Source of the DNA: Eledone cirrhosa
Lineage: Eukaryota
DNA length: 64,000 nucleotides
Direction of reading: 5' to 3'
NCBI GenBank assembly: GCA_964016885.1
Contig: OZ024763.1
Span: forward strand, 5,580,001-5,644,000
Position numbers and translations under genes: made by a program. This document shows, piece after piece, positions 1 through 12,560 of this stretch (positions are counted from its first letter, which is position 1; every line of letters begins with the position of its first letter). The notes under the pieces were generated by a model. The model was not told where the DNA came from. It made no database searches and was given only the letters and a program-made list of their open reading frames with translations.

Positions 1-559
1 TAGCCGGTACCTAAACACAATAAAATGTCACCTGTGCTACCAAAACTACCACAGGAACTGTGTCGGCATCAGCAAGGCTCAAGCCGAAAGGCTTCAATAC
101 TAGACCTGTAATCAGTGCCGCTTTAGCTCCGACGACCAGCTATCTACCGAGTGTGTCTCGATGGAGGGGACACGAGACCAGCAAAGTCCAAGGAGTGGAG
201 ACTACTAAATGAGATACGGTCATAGCTATGTTAAGAATATATATAAGAAACATGTTCTATACATTTAAGAAGACAAGAGAAATAAATATTTACCTCTTCC
301 ATGTAGGTAATATAGCGGTGTTATAAAACTAATTATACGACCGGTGTAACAGTCGGTATAAATGAAAGATGTAGAAATAAAAGCTGCAACATTGACATGG
401 ATAAAGATAATATGACCAAGAATAAATATTTAATGGAATTAAGTGTAATTTAATAAGAAATAAGTAAAACGGTGAAAGAAACAATAACAAACAAAATGGA
501 GACAGAAAATTTGTTTTGTCTTTATAAAGCTTATTTTTAGCGCGATTTTCCTTTTAATT

Positions 560-870
560 CTGTAGCTCAGTTAGTAGCAGCTCCGCTTACTAACCTTAGG
601 GCTATAACGTTACATGGTTCGAATCTTACACTCTTCTCTATAGTGCCACGCGAGTTATCTCCTAGTCTTTTTATTTAGTTTCACTGTTTAGTGAAAGAGG
701 GCGCTACGAGCAGTTACTTATGTAGACGGGTGGTTAGCGACTCGGCTTACTAACATTAGCATTATTACGTTACATGGGTTCGAACCCTGTCGGCGCCTCA
801 ATTTTTCAAATAGAGTTATCCTCCATGGTACTTTAGAGTTTCATTGTTTACTCGAAAGATGGCGCGGCTA
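560..870 (+). mobile_element. Two diverged tandem tRNA-like heads (SINE or tRNA-pseudogene remnants)
   Basis: A-box-like TAGCTCAGTTAGT / GGTGGTTAGC and B-box GGTTCGAATC / GGTTCGAACC in two related ~160-bp units sharing gcttactaac...acgttacatgg. Confidence 0.5.
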
Positions 871-1239
871 TCAACTTCTACGAGGAATAGTAAAAGACAA
901 TAATACACGGAAGGAGGAGAAATAGAAAGACAAATATGTGTCACACACACAATTCTCTCACCCTCTCTTTACTTTTATTACTCTATCTACCTCTTATTTC
1001 TCACCCTCTCTTTATTTCTAATACTTTATCTATCTCATATTTCTCACCCTCTCTTTACGCCTATTACTCTATCTACCTCTACTTTCTCGCCCTCTCTTTT
1101 CTTCTATTACACTTTCTTCCTCGTATTTCTCACCCTCTATTTACATCTATTACTCTATCTACCTCAACTTTCTCACCCTCTCTTTACTTCTATTACACTT
1201 TCTTCCTCGTATTTATACATCTATATGGTTTATTAAAAA

Positions 1240-1520
1240 AAAAACGCGTGAAAAAAAAAATTTTTCATTTAAATAACTCCACTTACGCGTGGTAGTAATA
1301 CGGAAATAAACGATGTTTTGCTTTCATCGGCTGCTTTCGACTGACAGCTAATAGCGTTGTAGTGCCATATATTATATATAATATATTATATATAATATAA
1401 CATCATATAATATATATCTGTGTGTATGTGTATAATTTTTCACACGACCCTCCCTCCCACACACACATCTGTGCATCAACATTTCATTGTCAGCTGATGT
1501 CACCACCTCTCCAAGTAAGT
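1240..1520 (+). promoter_or_regulatory. Candidate promoter / non-coding first exon with a splice donor at 1515
   Basis: Locally CpG-containing unique sequence with two ACGCGT motifs and a consensus CAA|GTAAGT donor; the gene needs an upstream UTR exon. Link to the gene is inferred only. Confidence 0.3.
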
Positions 1521-1771
1521 GTTTCTTTTATGTACCGATCATTCTATTATATTTATTCCATATAACGGTTTGTAATCTCTGCCATAGACAATAGGAACAT
1601 TCTTCTTTCATTAATAGTCGGTTTTTAATTATTATACGTTGTTGGTAAATTAAATTTTCAGCTGTCACTATATATTTATTTATATATATATATTTATATA
1701 TATTTATATATATTTATATATATATATTAATTCAAAATATTAACAAAAATAGACATTCGTGTGATCAAGTA

Positions 1772-1838
1772 TATTTTATTATACATATTTCAGAGGTACT
1801 GAGCTCTCTTCAACAATACGTCCTCATCAGATAAAATA
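1772..1838 (-). ncRNA. Minimal type I hammerhead ribozyme motif in a (TA)n-flanked element
   Basis: Minus strand TATTTTAT-CTGATGA-[GGAcGTA..TACcTCT]-GAAA-T-ATGT-A-T-A-ATAAAATA; perfect 8-bp stem I. Confidence 0.65.
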
Positions 1839-1907
1839 AGATGATGCATGACATACCCTGACTAAGTAGATGATTAAAAATCAGTCATGGCAGTGATGTG
1901 TAACCTT

Positions 1908-1957
<50 letters not shown>

Positions 1958-2044
1958 TTTATCCCGTGTTCAATCGGGGGTAACCACAGTAAGTAAGGTA
2001 CTCAATAATACATAGCAGAGTATAAATATTTAATATAGAAATGG

Positions 2045-2091
2045 CTTCTACAGGACTAGAACTGTTTCATTCTGGAGAAAACATCAGGAAG
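2045..2091 (-). ncRNA. Degenerate hammerhead (A9>U), family-1 element 1958-2096
   Basis: CTTC-CTGATGt-tTTC tcca GAAt-GAAA-CAG ttctagtc CTGT-A-GAAG; homologous to the 17760-17975 and 22073-22210 elements. Confidence 0.55.
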
Positions 2092-2116
2092 TCCATATAT
2101 ATATATATATATATAT

Positions 2117-2251
2117 ATTTATTAAAATAACAGATTAAAGTTTAAGCAAAGAATCGCTGCTTTCACCCTTAACGGGGTCTTCTGAAGATTCCGTTAAGGG
2201 TGAAAGCAGCGATTCTTTGCTTAAACTTTCATCTGTTATTTTAATAAATAT
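2117..2251. repeat. Palindrome with ~60-bp arms centred on a hammerhead-like CTGAAGA...GAAA core (Penelope-like inverted junction)
   Basis: Arms atttattaaaataacag..cacccttaacgg / ccgttaagggtg..ctgttattttaataaat. Confidence 0.75.
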
Positions 2252-2501
2252 TTGCTCTACGGTTCTTATATATTTGATATATATTTATCCTTATCGAGCC
2301 CTCTTTGAATTTTAGTCTTCAAATTTATTATTATTACTATATATATGTGTGTGTTAAGTATTTCCGTGGTAAACGAAAGAAGAGTGCTCCATGTAAAGTA
2401 CATGGCTATTTAATTACATAATAAACAACCCAATATAAGTATTCCATTACTTAAGGTTTCAGGGAACTAGACAGTCACTACAGAAACGTCCAGCTCTTAT
2501 G

Positions 2502-2549
<48 letters not shown>

Positions 2550-2551
<2 letters not shown>

Positions 2552-2690
2552 TCCAGAATTAGCCGTCGAAACGGCTTGAGCTCAGCCGTCGGGGTCCTAC
2601 TCGTTCCTATTACCCACTCTACTATGCTAAGTATTGAGTACTTTGGTGCGTTATGGTCCACCTGGTTCCATACCACATTTCCTTCGTTAT
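2550..2690 (+). mobile_element. Short (TA)n-associated dispersed repeat; copies at ~35228-35332, 44290-44365, 45030-45172 (-), 55649-55730
   Basis: Shared ttacccactctact..taagtattgagtactctggtgcgttatggtcca.ctggttcc.taccac...tgttatatata. Confidence 0.75.
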
Positions 2691-3097
2691 ATATATATAT
2701 ATATATATATATATGTAAATATATAAATATATATACACACACACACACACTTATTGTCTTTTGAAATGCAATACTGACAATACGATCCGAATAACGTTTG
2801 TTTATACATGATTAATTTCTGTCGTAATGCGTGTATATAATGTATGTATGTATATATGTATACATAATTTATATTTGTACATGTGTTGCAGTTATTGTTT
2901 AATCTCTGGTCAAACCTGATTTAGCGGGCATGTGATGGAAGGCCTTCCAACCATGACATCCACGTCATTTTAATTGAAAGTTTACAGCTACATTCTTCAG
3001 TGTGTGTGAGTGTGTATGTCCGTCCTTTCTTTTTCCAATGTGATCAGGTATCTTTTAATATGGATTTAACTCCTGTTTCTAGCTAGCCGTTGGGTTG

Positions 3098-3136
<39 letters not shown>

Positions 3137-3283
3137 AGAGACGGTTCGTTTCTCTTATTTATTACACTAAAACTCCAGGCGATAACTTACGTTGAAAATC
3201 CTAACTACTACAAGGCGTAGAGTGCTTTACTTATGTTTACGAAAATATCGGCGGATCTTTGATTAACCAACTTTCATCAACTG

Positions 3284-3347
<64 letters not shown>

Positions 3348-3621
3348 ATGATGATGATTGTTTATTTTCTTTCTATAAGAAAAACCTAGTAACACATGAT
3401 CCTTAGTCATCTGTCAATTCCATGTATATGCAGGATGTAAGGTATATATATTGACCTCAGTATTCGACTGGTATCTTATTTTATCTATCTAAAATAGAGG
3501 GATGCCCAAATAGATGTAATTAATAATAACTATTATATTCTAAATTTTGATAAAAATGTGTTTTATAGCGATATTTTAATATAATGGGACCAGGCCCTCC
3601 ATATATATATATAGAAACAAT

Positions 3622-4038
3622 TATTTAAAACAGGACTGGATCCTTTGTGTATATTTTATTATATATTTAAAACAGGACTAGGTCCTCTGTGTATATTTAT
3701 TATATATTTAAAACAGGACTGGATCCTCTGTGTATATTTTATTATATATTTAAAACAGGACTGGATCCTCTGTGTATATTTTATTATATATTTAAAACAG
3801 GACTGGATCCTTTGTGTATATTTTATTATATATTTAAAACAGGACTGGATCCTCTGTGTATATTTTATTATATATTTAAAACAGGACTGGATCCTTTGTG
3901 TATATTTTATTATATATTTAAAACAGGACTGGATCCTTTGTGTATATTTTATTATATATTTAAAACAGGACTGGATCCTTTGTGTATATTTTATTATATA
4001 TTTAAAACAGGACTGGGTCCTCTGTATATATTTTAATA
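3622..4038. repeat. 42-bp minisatellite, ~10 copies
   Basis: Unit tatatttaaaacaggactggatcctttgtgtatattttatta. Confidence 0.95.
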
Positions 4039-4224
4039 TTTATGAGATTAATTTTATTACAGCGTAACCATCTACATAATGTTTAGGGTAGCTCATATGT
4101 ATAACTGGTACTATCATGAAATTATTGATTACAATTGAGTATATTTCCCATCGTGGTCTGACAACCGAGGGAGTTAAACTGACACACAGTTCTTTATAAG
4201 ACATTTCAGTTGTAAACAGAACTG

Positions 4225-5126
4225 ACCCTTTCATTACCATATTTATAATGAAAGACACTGTCTATGTCTTTAACCCTTTCATTACCATATTTATAATGAA
4301 AGACACTGTCTATGTCATTAACCCTTTCATTACCATATTTATAATGAAAGACACTGTCTATGTCATTAACCCTTTCATTACCATATTTATAATGAAAGAC
4401 ACTGTCTATGTCATTAACCCTTCCATTACCATATTTCAAATGAAAGACACTGTCTATGTCATTAACCCTTCCATTACCATATTTCAAATGAAAGACACTG
4501 TCTATGTCATTAACCCTTCCATTACTATATTTCAAATGAAAGACACTGTCTATGTCATTAACCCTTCCATTACCATATTTCAAATGAAAGACACTGTCTA
4601 TGTCATTAACCCTTCCATTACCATATTTCAAATGAAAGACACTGTCTATGTCATTAACCCTTCCATTACCATATTTCAAATGAAAGACACTGTCTATGTC
4701 ATTAACCCTTCCATTACTATATTTCAAATGAAAGACACTGTCTATGTCATTAACCCTTCCATTACCATATTTCAAATGAAAGACACTGTCTATGTCATTA
4801 ACCCTTCCATTACCATATTTCAAATGAAAGACACTGTCTATGTCATTAACCCTTCCATTACCATATTTCAAATGAAAGACACTGTCTATGTCATTAACCC
4901 TTCCATTACCATATTTCAAATGAAAGACACTGTCTATGTCATTAACCCTTCCATTACTATATTTCAAATGAAAGACACTGTCTATGTCATTAACCCTTCC
5001 CATTGCCATATTTCAAATGAAAGACACTCTCTATGTCATTAACCCTTCCCATTACTATATTTCAAATGAAAGACACTGTCTATGTCATTAACCCTTCCAT
5101 TACCATATTTCAAATGAAAGACACTA
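4225..5126. repeat. 48-bp minisatellite, ~19 copies, derived from the terminus of a dispersed element
   Basis: Unit ttaacccttccattaccatatttcaaatgaaagacactgtctatgtca; single-copy version of the same sequence at 10017-10060. Confidence 0.95.
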
Positions 5127-5392
5127 CCTATGGTTTTTAAAATTTTGAGGGATTTAGTGATATAACTAATTATTAATCTGGTGTTTGGAACATGACACTT
5201 AGAATTATGATGGCAGGTTTTTAGATAAATATAAACACTTAAACCTTTTCATTACCATATTACTAATGTGGTTTTCAAATGATTTTTAAAATAATCAAGA
5301 ATTTGAATGGATTTAGTAACTTTAAGTAACTTTCCCATTATTAAGTTGATCTCGTGTTTGGAACCTAACAAAGTTTCTTACATCAAATTATA

Positions 5393-5580
5393 ATTGTTTC
5401 TACTATTGGCACAAGGCCAGAAATTACCCAGTGCATTACTGGTACTTTATTTTATCGACCCCGTAAGGATGAAAGGCAAAGTTAACCTCGGCGGGATTTG
5501 AACTCAGATCGTAAAGGGACGTAACTATGCTGGAAAGCATGGCGTCCGACCCTCTACCGATACTGCCAATCCAGCGCCTT
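5393..5580 (-). mobile_element. tRNA-derived SINE family A; further copies ~6320-6510, 7770-7950, 12100-12215, 13060-13876, 24766-25185 (two), 31209-31365, 31483-31670, 32248-32420, 40912-41100, 43843-43968, 51227-51415, 62940-63123, 63200-63390
   Basis: A box TGGCAGTATCGG, B box GTTCAAATCC, central domain gcctttcatccttacggggtcgataaaataaagtacc (recalled as resembling the Meta-type SINE domain; not verified). Confidence 0.85.
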
Positions 5581-5710
5581 TCTTACATCAAATTATAATG
5601 AAAAGTTTTAAGATAAATATAAACACGTTGAAATAAATAGTTAAGTATGATAGAACTAGGGGCAGTTTCGGGTTTAAAGCAGAAGACTGGCAGAATGACA
5701 TAGTTTACAT

Positions 5711-6050
5711 CACAGGTTCTCAAAGTGGGAACTACTGCCCCCTGTGAGGGGGGGGGGGGCTTGAGAAGGTCCAGAGGGCGCTGGGACCTAAGAGGAACAG
5801 TAGAGATGATATAATAGTATATTAAATATCAAATGATACATATTATATATAAATATAGTAAAATAAAAAATATATATTTATTTATTTATACGTAGTATAT
5901 ATTATATTATTATATATGAATTAACAATTTCATTTATTATTTACAATTTATGTAGAGGCAGTAGGTCTCTCTGGAAATAGGGTTGAGGGGCGTTGAGGGT
6001 ATTACGTAACTTTGAGGTGGGGGGGGGGCCAAACAGTTTGAGAATCTCTG
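5711..6050 (+). mobile_element. Non-autonomous hAT-type MITE
   Basis: TIRs cacaggttctcaaa / tttgagaatctctg; exact 8-bp TSD GTTTACAT (5703-5710 and 6051-6058). Confidence 0.88.
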
Positions 6051-6185
6051 GTTTACATCAACAGTATTTGATTATATCTTCACCCTCTCCCCTGTTAGAA
6101 AAATGAAAACATGATAAACAAGTCTCGTGTCTATTCCAAATTATCCACATTGACAGTTGAACCCTGTCTCAGTCTGATTCTCTCA

Positions 6186-6233
<48 letters not shown>

Positions 6234-6464
6234 GGGGGGGTAGTAATGATCATATTTCATTAGTGTGTAATAATCAACAGTCAGCAAGTGTGTCAGTAGA
6301 AAGCTCTAGAGTTACATAATTGTTTCTACTTTAGGCACAAGGCCAGCAAATACCCAGTGCATTACTGATACTTTATTTTATCGACCCCGTAAGGATGAAA
6401 GGCAAAGTCAACCTCGGCGGGACTTGAACTCAGATCGTAAAGGGACGTAACTATGCTGGAAAGC

Positions 6465-7583
6465 ATGGCGTCCGACCCTCTACCGATACTGCCAATCCAC
6501 CACCCTCACATGGCGTCCGACCCTCTACCGATACTGCCAATCCACCACCCTCACATGGCGTCCAACCCTCTACCGATACTGCCAATGCACCACCCTCACA
6601 TGGCGTCCGACCCTCTACCGATACTGCCAATCCACCACCCTCACATGGCGTCCGACCCTCTACCGATACTGCCAATCCACCACCCTAACATGGCGTCCAA
6701 CCCTCTACCGATACTGCCAATGCACCACCCTCACATGGCGTCCGACCCTCTACCGATACTGCCAATCCACCACCCTAACATGGCGTCCAACCCTCTACCG
6801 ATACTGCCAATGCACCACCCTCACATGGCGTCCGACCCTCTACCGATACTGCCAATGCACCACCCTCACATGGCGTCCGACCCTCTACCGATACTGCCAA
6901 TCCACCACCCTCACATGGCGTCCGACCCTCTACCGATACTGCCAATCCACCACCCTAACATGGCGTCCAACCCTCTACCGATACTGCCAATGCACCACCC
7001 TCACATGGCGTCCGACCCTCTACCGATACTGCCAATGCACCACCCTCACATGGCGTCCGACCCTCTACCGATACTGCCAATCCACCACCCTCACATGGCG
7101 TCCGACCCTCTACCGATACTGCCAATCCACCACCCTAACATGGCGTCCAACCCTCTACCGATACTGCCAATGCACCACCCTCACATGGCGTCCGACCCTC
7201 TACCGATACTGCCAATGCACCACCCTCACATGGCGTCCGACCCTCTACCGATACTGCCAATGCACCACCCTCACATGGCGTCCGACCCTCTACCGATACT
7301 GCCAATCCACCACCCTCACATGGCGTCCGACCCTCTACCGATACTGCCAATCCACCACCCTAACATGGCGTCCAACCCTCTACCGATACTGCCAATGCAC
7401 CACCCTCACATGGCGTCCGACCCTCTACCGATACTGCCAATGCACCACCCTCACATGGCGTCCGACCCTCTACCGATACTGCCAATCCACCACCCTCACA
7501 TGGCGTCCGACCCTCTACCGATACTGCCAATCCACCACCCTAACATGGCGTCCGACCCTCTACCGATACTGCCAATCCACCGC
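6465..7583. repeat. 45-bp minisatellite, ~25 copies, amplified from the SINE-A 5' head
   Basis: Unit catggcgtccgaccctctaccgatactgccaatccaccaccctca, contiguous with the SINE body at 6320-6465. Confidence 0.95.
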
Positions 7584-8185
7584 CAAAGTTACATAATAAC
7601 TGTCTTACATAAAATTATGATGGAAGGTTTTTAAATAAATCTAAACAGTTTAAAATAAACCGGACGTTAAACGATGATGATGATGAGTTCTTGTATGATA
7701 GAACCACTTGTGGTTCAGGCAGTTTAGAATCAGAATGGTTAAAAATGAATTGAAACACACAAAATGAAATATTTCTATTTTCGCACAAGGCCAGCAATTT
7801 GAAGGGAAGAGGAAATTTGATGAAATCAACCCCAGTGCGTGGCTGGTACATTATGTTATCAACCCTGTAAGGAGGGAAAGAGAAGTTAACCTTGGCGGGA
7901 TTTGGACTCAGAACGTAAAGGGCCAATACTGGCTCTACCAATACTGCCAAGAAATATGATCCAGCAATTAAACCCTTTAGCTTTTTAAACTGGTTATATC
8001 CAGCCAGAATTTCTGACCTCTTTCTGTTTAAACTGGCTGTAACCAGCTGCTCATACTGATGTTAAGGTATTGTTCTCAAAATAAATAATATCAAAATTTC
8101 ATAGATTTGATTTTATGTGAGATAAAGCCTTTAGTGTGAAAAGATAATAGTAAATATAGAGTAATTGAGAAATATAGAGTAATAT

Positions 8186-8570
8186 AGAGTTGAGAGAGAA
8201 ACTGTGTCTGAGAGGGATAGAATGTAGTGTATGGGAGAGGAGACTGAGGTGGTATGGACATGTGATGTGTCTGAGAGGGATAGAATGTAGTGTATGGGAG
8301 AGGAGACTGAGGTGGTATGGACATGTGATGCGCATGGAGGATGACCGATGGGTGAAGAAGTGCCAGGAAATGCCAGTTGAAGGAAGACGTGGTAGAGGTA
8401 GACCATGAAAAACATGGGCGGAGGTGGTGAGAACAGATCTCAGATCATTGAAGCTCACGGTGGAGATGACGAAGGACTGTGACGAGTGGAGAGATGCTGT
8501 GCTGAATAAGACCCGTCCCACCCTTGCAAGCAGGGAAAAGCGGACGTAAAATAATGATGATGATGATAAT
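8186..8570 (+). mobile_element. RTE-clade LINE 3' fragment with a ~62-bp internal duplication
   Basis: ERRLRWYGHVMRMEDDRWVKKC..VEGRRGRGRP; tail cccacccttgcaagcagggaaaagcggacgtaaa(atg)n; another copy at 17530-17732. Confidence 0.88.
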
Positions 8571-8762
8571 GTAAATGCTAAAGTAGGGGTTAACCTTGTG
8601 AGCCCCATAAGCTTCATAGTTATCAAAGGATCCCTGTGGAGGCAATGTTTTACAGCCAGACGCCCTTCTTAGCACCAACCCTTTTAGTCAGCTCTTATGA
8701 CAATCGGGAAAACGGAGAACCTAGATAAATACTATCCTATTTGAAAGCTGATATGATAGATA

Positions 8763-8957
8763 TGTTTCTTTATTAGCCACAGGGGCACAAAAGAAGGGGA
8801 CAAATACAAAGGGGAAGTTTACATACAATAAAAACGTGTAAAATGTTATCACAAATGCAATTTAAAAAATTAGTCGATTTTCCCCAATAGGGGGAGACAG
8901 TTCATATGGGTAACACATACCCCTGAAAAAATGTGCAACCCTCAACTCCAGGAGTAC
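8763..8957 (-). mobile_element. L1/Tx1-like LINE 3' UTR fragment with a 20-bp target-site duplication
   Basis: Direct repeat gaaagctgatatgatagata at 8743-8762 and 8958-8977; same sequence as the 48010-48680 copies; ends ctaataaagaaa. Confidence 0.75.
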
Positions 8958-9220
8958 GAAAGCTGATATGATAGATAAAAGATCAAAACATTGCCACGTG
9001 TGAAGCTGATAACATATCTAACATTTTGAATTGATAAGATTTTAATCTTTTCAACTATTGAACATATGTTTAGAGATGAGAAATATATATATATAGTTGT
9101 AGAAACCAAGCGTGAAACAGTTCTGTATGAGCAAGATATGGTCACCTGACCTGACATGCCTCAAATGGGACAACCCGCCTAACTCATGCTAGCATGGAAA
9201 ATAGATGTTAAATGATGATG

Positions 9221-9254
<34 letters not shown>

Positions 9255-9257
9255 ACG

Positions 9258-9723
9258 ATGTGATAAAAGCTGACCTTGATCACTTGCACCTATCTAAGAC
9301 AATGACATCGGATCGAGATCTTTGGCGCTATGCAGTAATACAGAAGACCCACCTCCCCTTGCACACAAACTTAAACTTACACTCAGTAGGCACCTCTTAA
9401 TCCAATATACACCCCCCCCCCCACCCCCTCCCATTTCCACCCACACCTCCCTTACTCTGTAAAGTTATGTTGGTATCACATAACATCCAGTCCACACTGT
9501 AAAGTGGTCATGTAGGAGACATGGCAAAAAGCACCCAGTCCACACTGTAAAGTGGTCATGTAGGAGACATGGCAAAAAGCACCCAGCACATCCAGTCATA
9601 GAAACCTTGCCAGAAACAGTTCTATATGAGCGAGACACAGTCACCTGACCCAACTTGCCACAAATGGGACAAACCTGTCTAACCCATGCTAGCGTGGAAG
9701 ATAGACGTTAAACGATGATGATG
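9258..9723 (+). mobile_element. Composite element: RTE ORF remnant + linker + SINE-B body + RTE-type tail
   Basis: Same layout at 54360-55060 (-) and 60265-61770 (+); variant at 50030-50600. Confidence 0.7.
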
Positions 9724-9904
9724 CAGGGATGCAAAAACACCAAGTCTTATTAGGATCACGTTTAGGAGGAAGTATATGTATGGAAAATGGACGTTATATA
9801 TATATATATGTATGTATGTAAAAGGTAAACAGAAATAACAACACAATCGGTACAGTATATGGAAGGAATATATTGGGTTAACGCTTAAAATAGCAGGAAA
9901 AGGG

Positions 9905-9940
9905 TCTTAACATTTCGGACGCTAGTCCTTCATCAGAAGA
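9905..9940 (-). ncRNA. Minimal Penelope-type hammerhead motif
   Basis: TCTT-CTGATGA-A-GGAC tagc GTCC-GAAA-TG-T-T-AAGA; truncated copy at 36451-36480. Confidence 0.7.
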
Positions 9941-11184
9941 AAGAATGAGAATATATATATATTATATATTTATGTATTGTGTATATATATAATAAAACAA
10001 CTAAAAAGTGTATGCCTTAACCCTTTCGTTACCATATTGCTAATGAAAGACACTGTCTACAATTTTCAAATCATTTTGAAAATAAACAGAGTCTTCGGAG
10101 GGATTTAGTAATATAACTAACCTTTTGATCATGAAGTGAATGTTGAGGGCATAACTTAAGACAAGGTTCTTGCATAAAATTATGATGGAATAGTTTTTAG
10201 ATAAATGTAAACAATTTAAACCTTTCATTAACATATTTCTAATGTGGAAGATACTGACTATGACTTCCAATTAGAAGTAATCAAGAATTTGAGACAGAAA
10301 AATGGGTATAAAGCCAATGAAAACAATGAGGAAAGAGAAATGTTAATCATGTTTTAATTTGATGTGTATGTATGTGTATATAGGTGTTTGTGTATGTGTT
10401 TCTCTATGTATATATGTGTATATGTGTTTGTGCATATATATATATATGTGTGGGTGTGTTTTGTTATTTTAGATAAGGAGTGACCTAATATATATTCACT
10501 GAAAACATTATTGTTTTCAGTGTTGTTTGCCCTAGATCACCCTTTATCACAAGATAAGGGATATCCTAAGATCAAAGGTGTTCTGTGATACTTTGGGTTT
10601 CTTTGAGGCTTTTATTTTTTTACCATGAGCTATATATATATATATATATATAGCAATGCAGGCTTTTTTTGAAACTATCATATAATACATTACACGCCCA
10701 GTCTGTCTTCCTCTATTCTACCTTCTTACTTTTTCTACATCTCAATGTCTTTTTTCTTTGTCTGTACATTGGATTGCAGTCCATATTATTCTCTTCTGTT
10801 TTTTTATTTCTCTCCTTTCTATATTTTTGGCTTCTTTGACTAAGCCCTCATGCACTGGAATGAATAGTACCAACCTTAATGGACTGAAACCATAGAGATT
10901 TCCAGAGGTTGACTGAGGAGATGGGATTGTTTGTTTTTCTATTTTGTATATATATATATGTGGAGGCACACGGCTGAGTGGTTAGAGAACTGGATTCACA
11001 ATCGTGAGGTTGTGAGTTCGATTCCCGAACCGGGCGATGCGTTATGTCCTTGAGCAAGACACTTTATTTCACGTTGCTCCTTCTACCTGGAGTTGCGACC
11101 GATAGATAGTATTAGCAATTGGAAAGACCAACGAAAACATTGTTTCTTCGGTTTGATTTGACGAAAGTCGATCGACTGTCGATA

Positions 11185-11229
<45 letters not shown>

Positions 11230-11249
11230 TATCTATATATATATATAGC

Positions 11250-12085
11250 ATGTAGGTGTTTGTGTATGTATTTCTCTGAGTGTTTCTCTATATCATTATA
11301 AGATATATTCTCATCTATACCCGGGTGTCTGTAGCAGTCCTCATCAGATATCGGTGAAACAGTTAAGCCATTGATGACAATGTTGCTAGATTGGGTTGTT
11401 TTTTCCCGCTTTACAGTCAAATATGAACATTTATCTTGGCCAAACTCCATTCCTATATCCTTTGAGAATGTTGTAACCAGGATTTTTCTTCATCCCATCT
11501 ATGTTCTTGGCATAGAGTTTCAGATCATCTACAAAGAAATTATGGGCTAGGTTCGTATTTCTGTCCTCTTGTGAGCCAATGATGTATCCTTCACATTTCT
11601 TGAGCAGAAAGGGGTTTAATGACAGAATAAATAGTATCACAGAGAGACTGTCTCCTTGAAATATACCCCTGTGATATTCTATTTTATCAGTGAAAATAGA
11701 GTCCTCCCTCTCTGTCTTTAACCAAGAAGAAGAGAGCCTCTCTATGGCTCTGACAATAATGTCTGGGACTTTAGCAAGCTGGAGGGCCTCTATCATCCAA
11801 GAGTGGGAAACAGAATCGAAAGCTTTCCTGTAGTCCAGCCAGACTGTAGCCATATTCCTCCTAAGTTGTCACACCTCCAACATCACAGTTTTATTGATTA
11901 GGAGTTGTTCAGCACATCCCCAAACCCCTTTCTTTCCAACTGATTGTTCATCTGTGATGATGTTATTATTTTCACAGTGATCTTGGAGGAATAGGTTCAG
12001 GCAGGCTGTATACATCTTATACAGGTTCTGGCATGCAATGGATCAGTAGTTTTTTGCCAAATGAGTGTCTTTGCACCATAGAGTT
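11250..12085 (-). mobile_element. Degenerate non-LTR retrotransposon RT fragment (R4/Dong-like)
   Basis: WLDYRKAFDSVSHSW, RGIFQGDSLS, FVDDLKLYAK, MEFGQDKC; frameshifted. Confidence 0.85.
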
Positions 12086-12359
12086 ACACCCCTTTAAGGT
12101 CTCAGTTCAAATCCCGCTGAGGTTAACTTTGCCTTTCATCCTTACGGGGTCGATAAAATAAAGCACCAGTAATACACTGGGATAATTGCTGGCCTTGTGC
12201 CAAAAGTAGTAACAATTATTATTATCGATAGTATTTTCCACAACAGTCGAGGTAGACTTGGATGTTTGTATGTATGTATGTGTGTGTATGTGTGTGTGTA
12301 TGTATGTATGCATGTATGTATTGTGTATGTATGTGTATATGCATGTGTGTATATGCATG

Positions 12360-12560
12360 CATGGTGGCTGCCAACTCGTTTTTGAGTACGGCCACTACTT
12401 TATATCCATGTAGGAGAACCCCTACCGATGCGCTGAACGAATGTGACTTTTTAGTCCAGCCAGCGACTTGAAAACTCTGGTACAAACACTACACTTGTGA
12501 CAATTATTGACACATAGTGCTGGGCCCATGGTACCATGTGATGACAAGTGCAGAGAGATC
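12360..12560 (-). mobile_element. ~200-bp RTE 3'-end element (C2H2 remnant + tail); near-identical inverted copy at 45380-45580
   Basis: Encodes CSVCTRVFKSLAGLKCHTRSVH*; tail ggccgtactcgaaaacgagttggcagccaccat. Confidence 0.8.

Noticed and set aside
1-500. GC-richer unique sequence at the window start
   Set aside because: No ORF, terminal repeat or motif I can assign; needs upstream context.
560-800. Possible tRNA genes
   Set aside because: A/B boxes are present but no convincing cloverleaf; treated as SINE or pseudo-tRNA heads.
4206-5042. 264/267-aa repeat ORFs on both strands
   Set aside because: Consequence of a stop-free 48-bp minisatellite.
6453-7634. 393-aa repetitive ORF
   Set aside because: 45-bp unit is a multiple of 3 and derives from a SINE head; no evidence of coding function.
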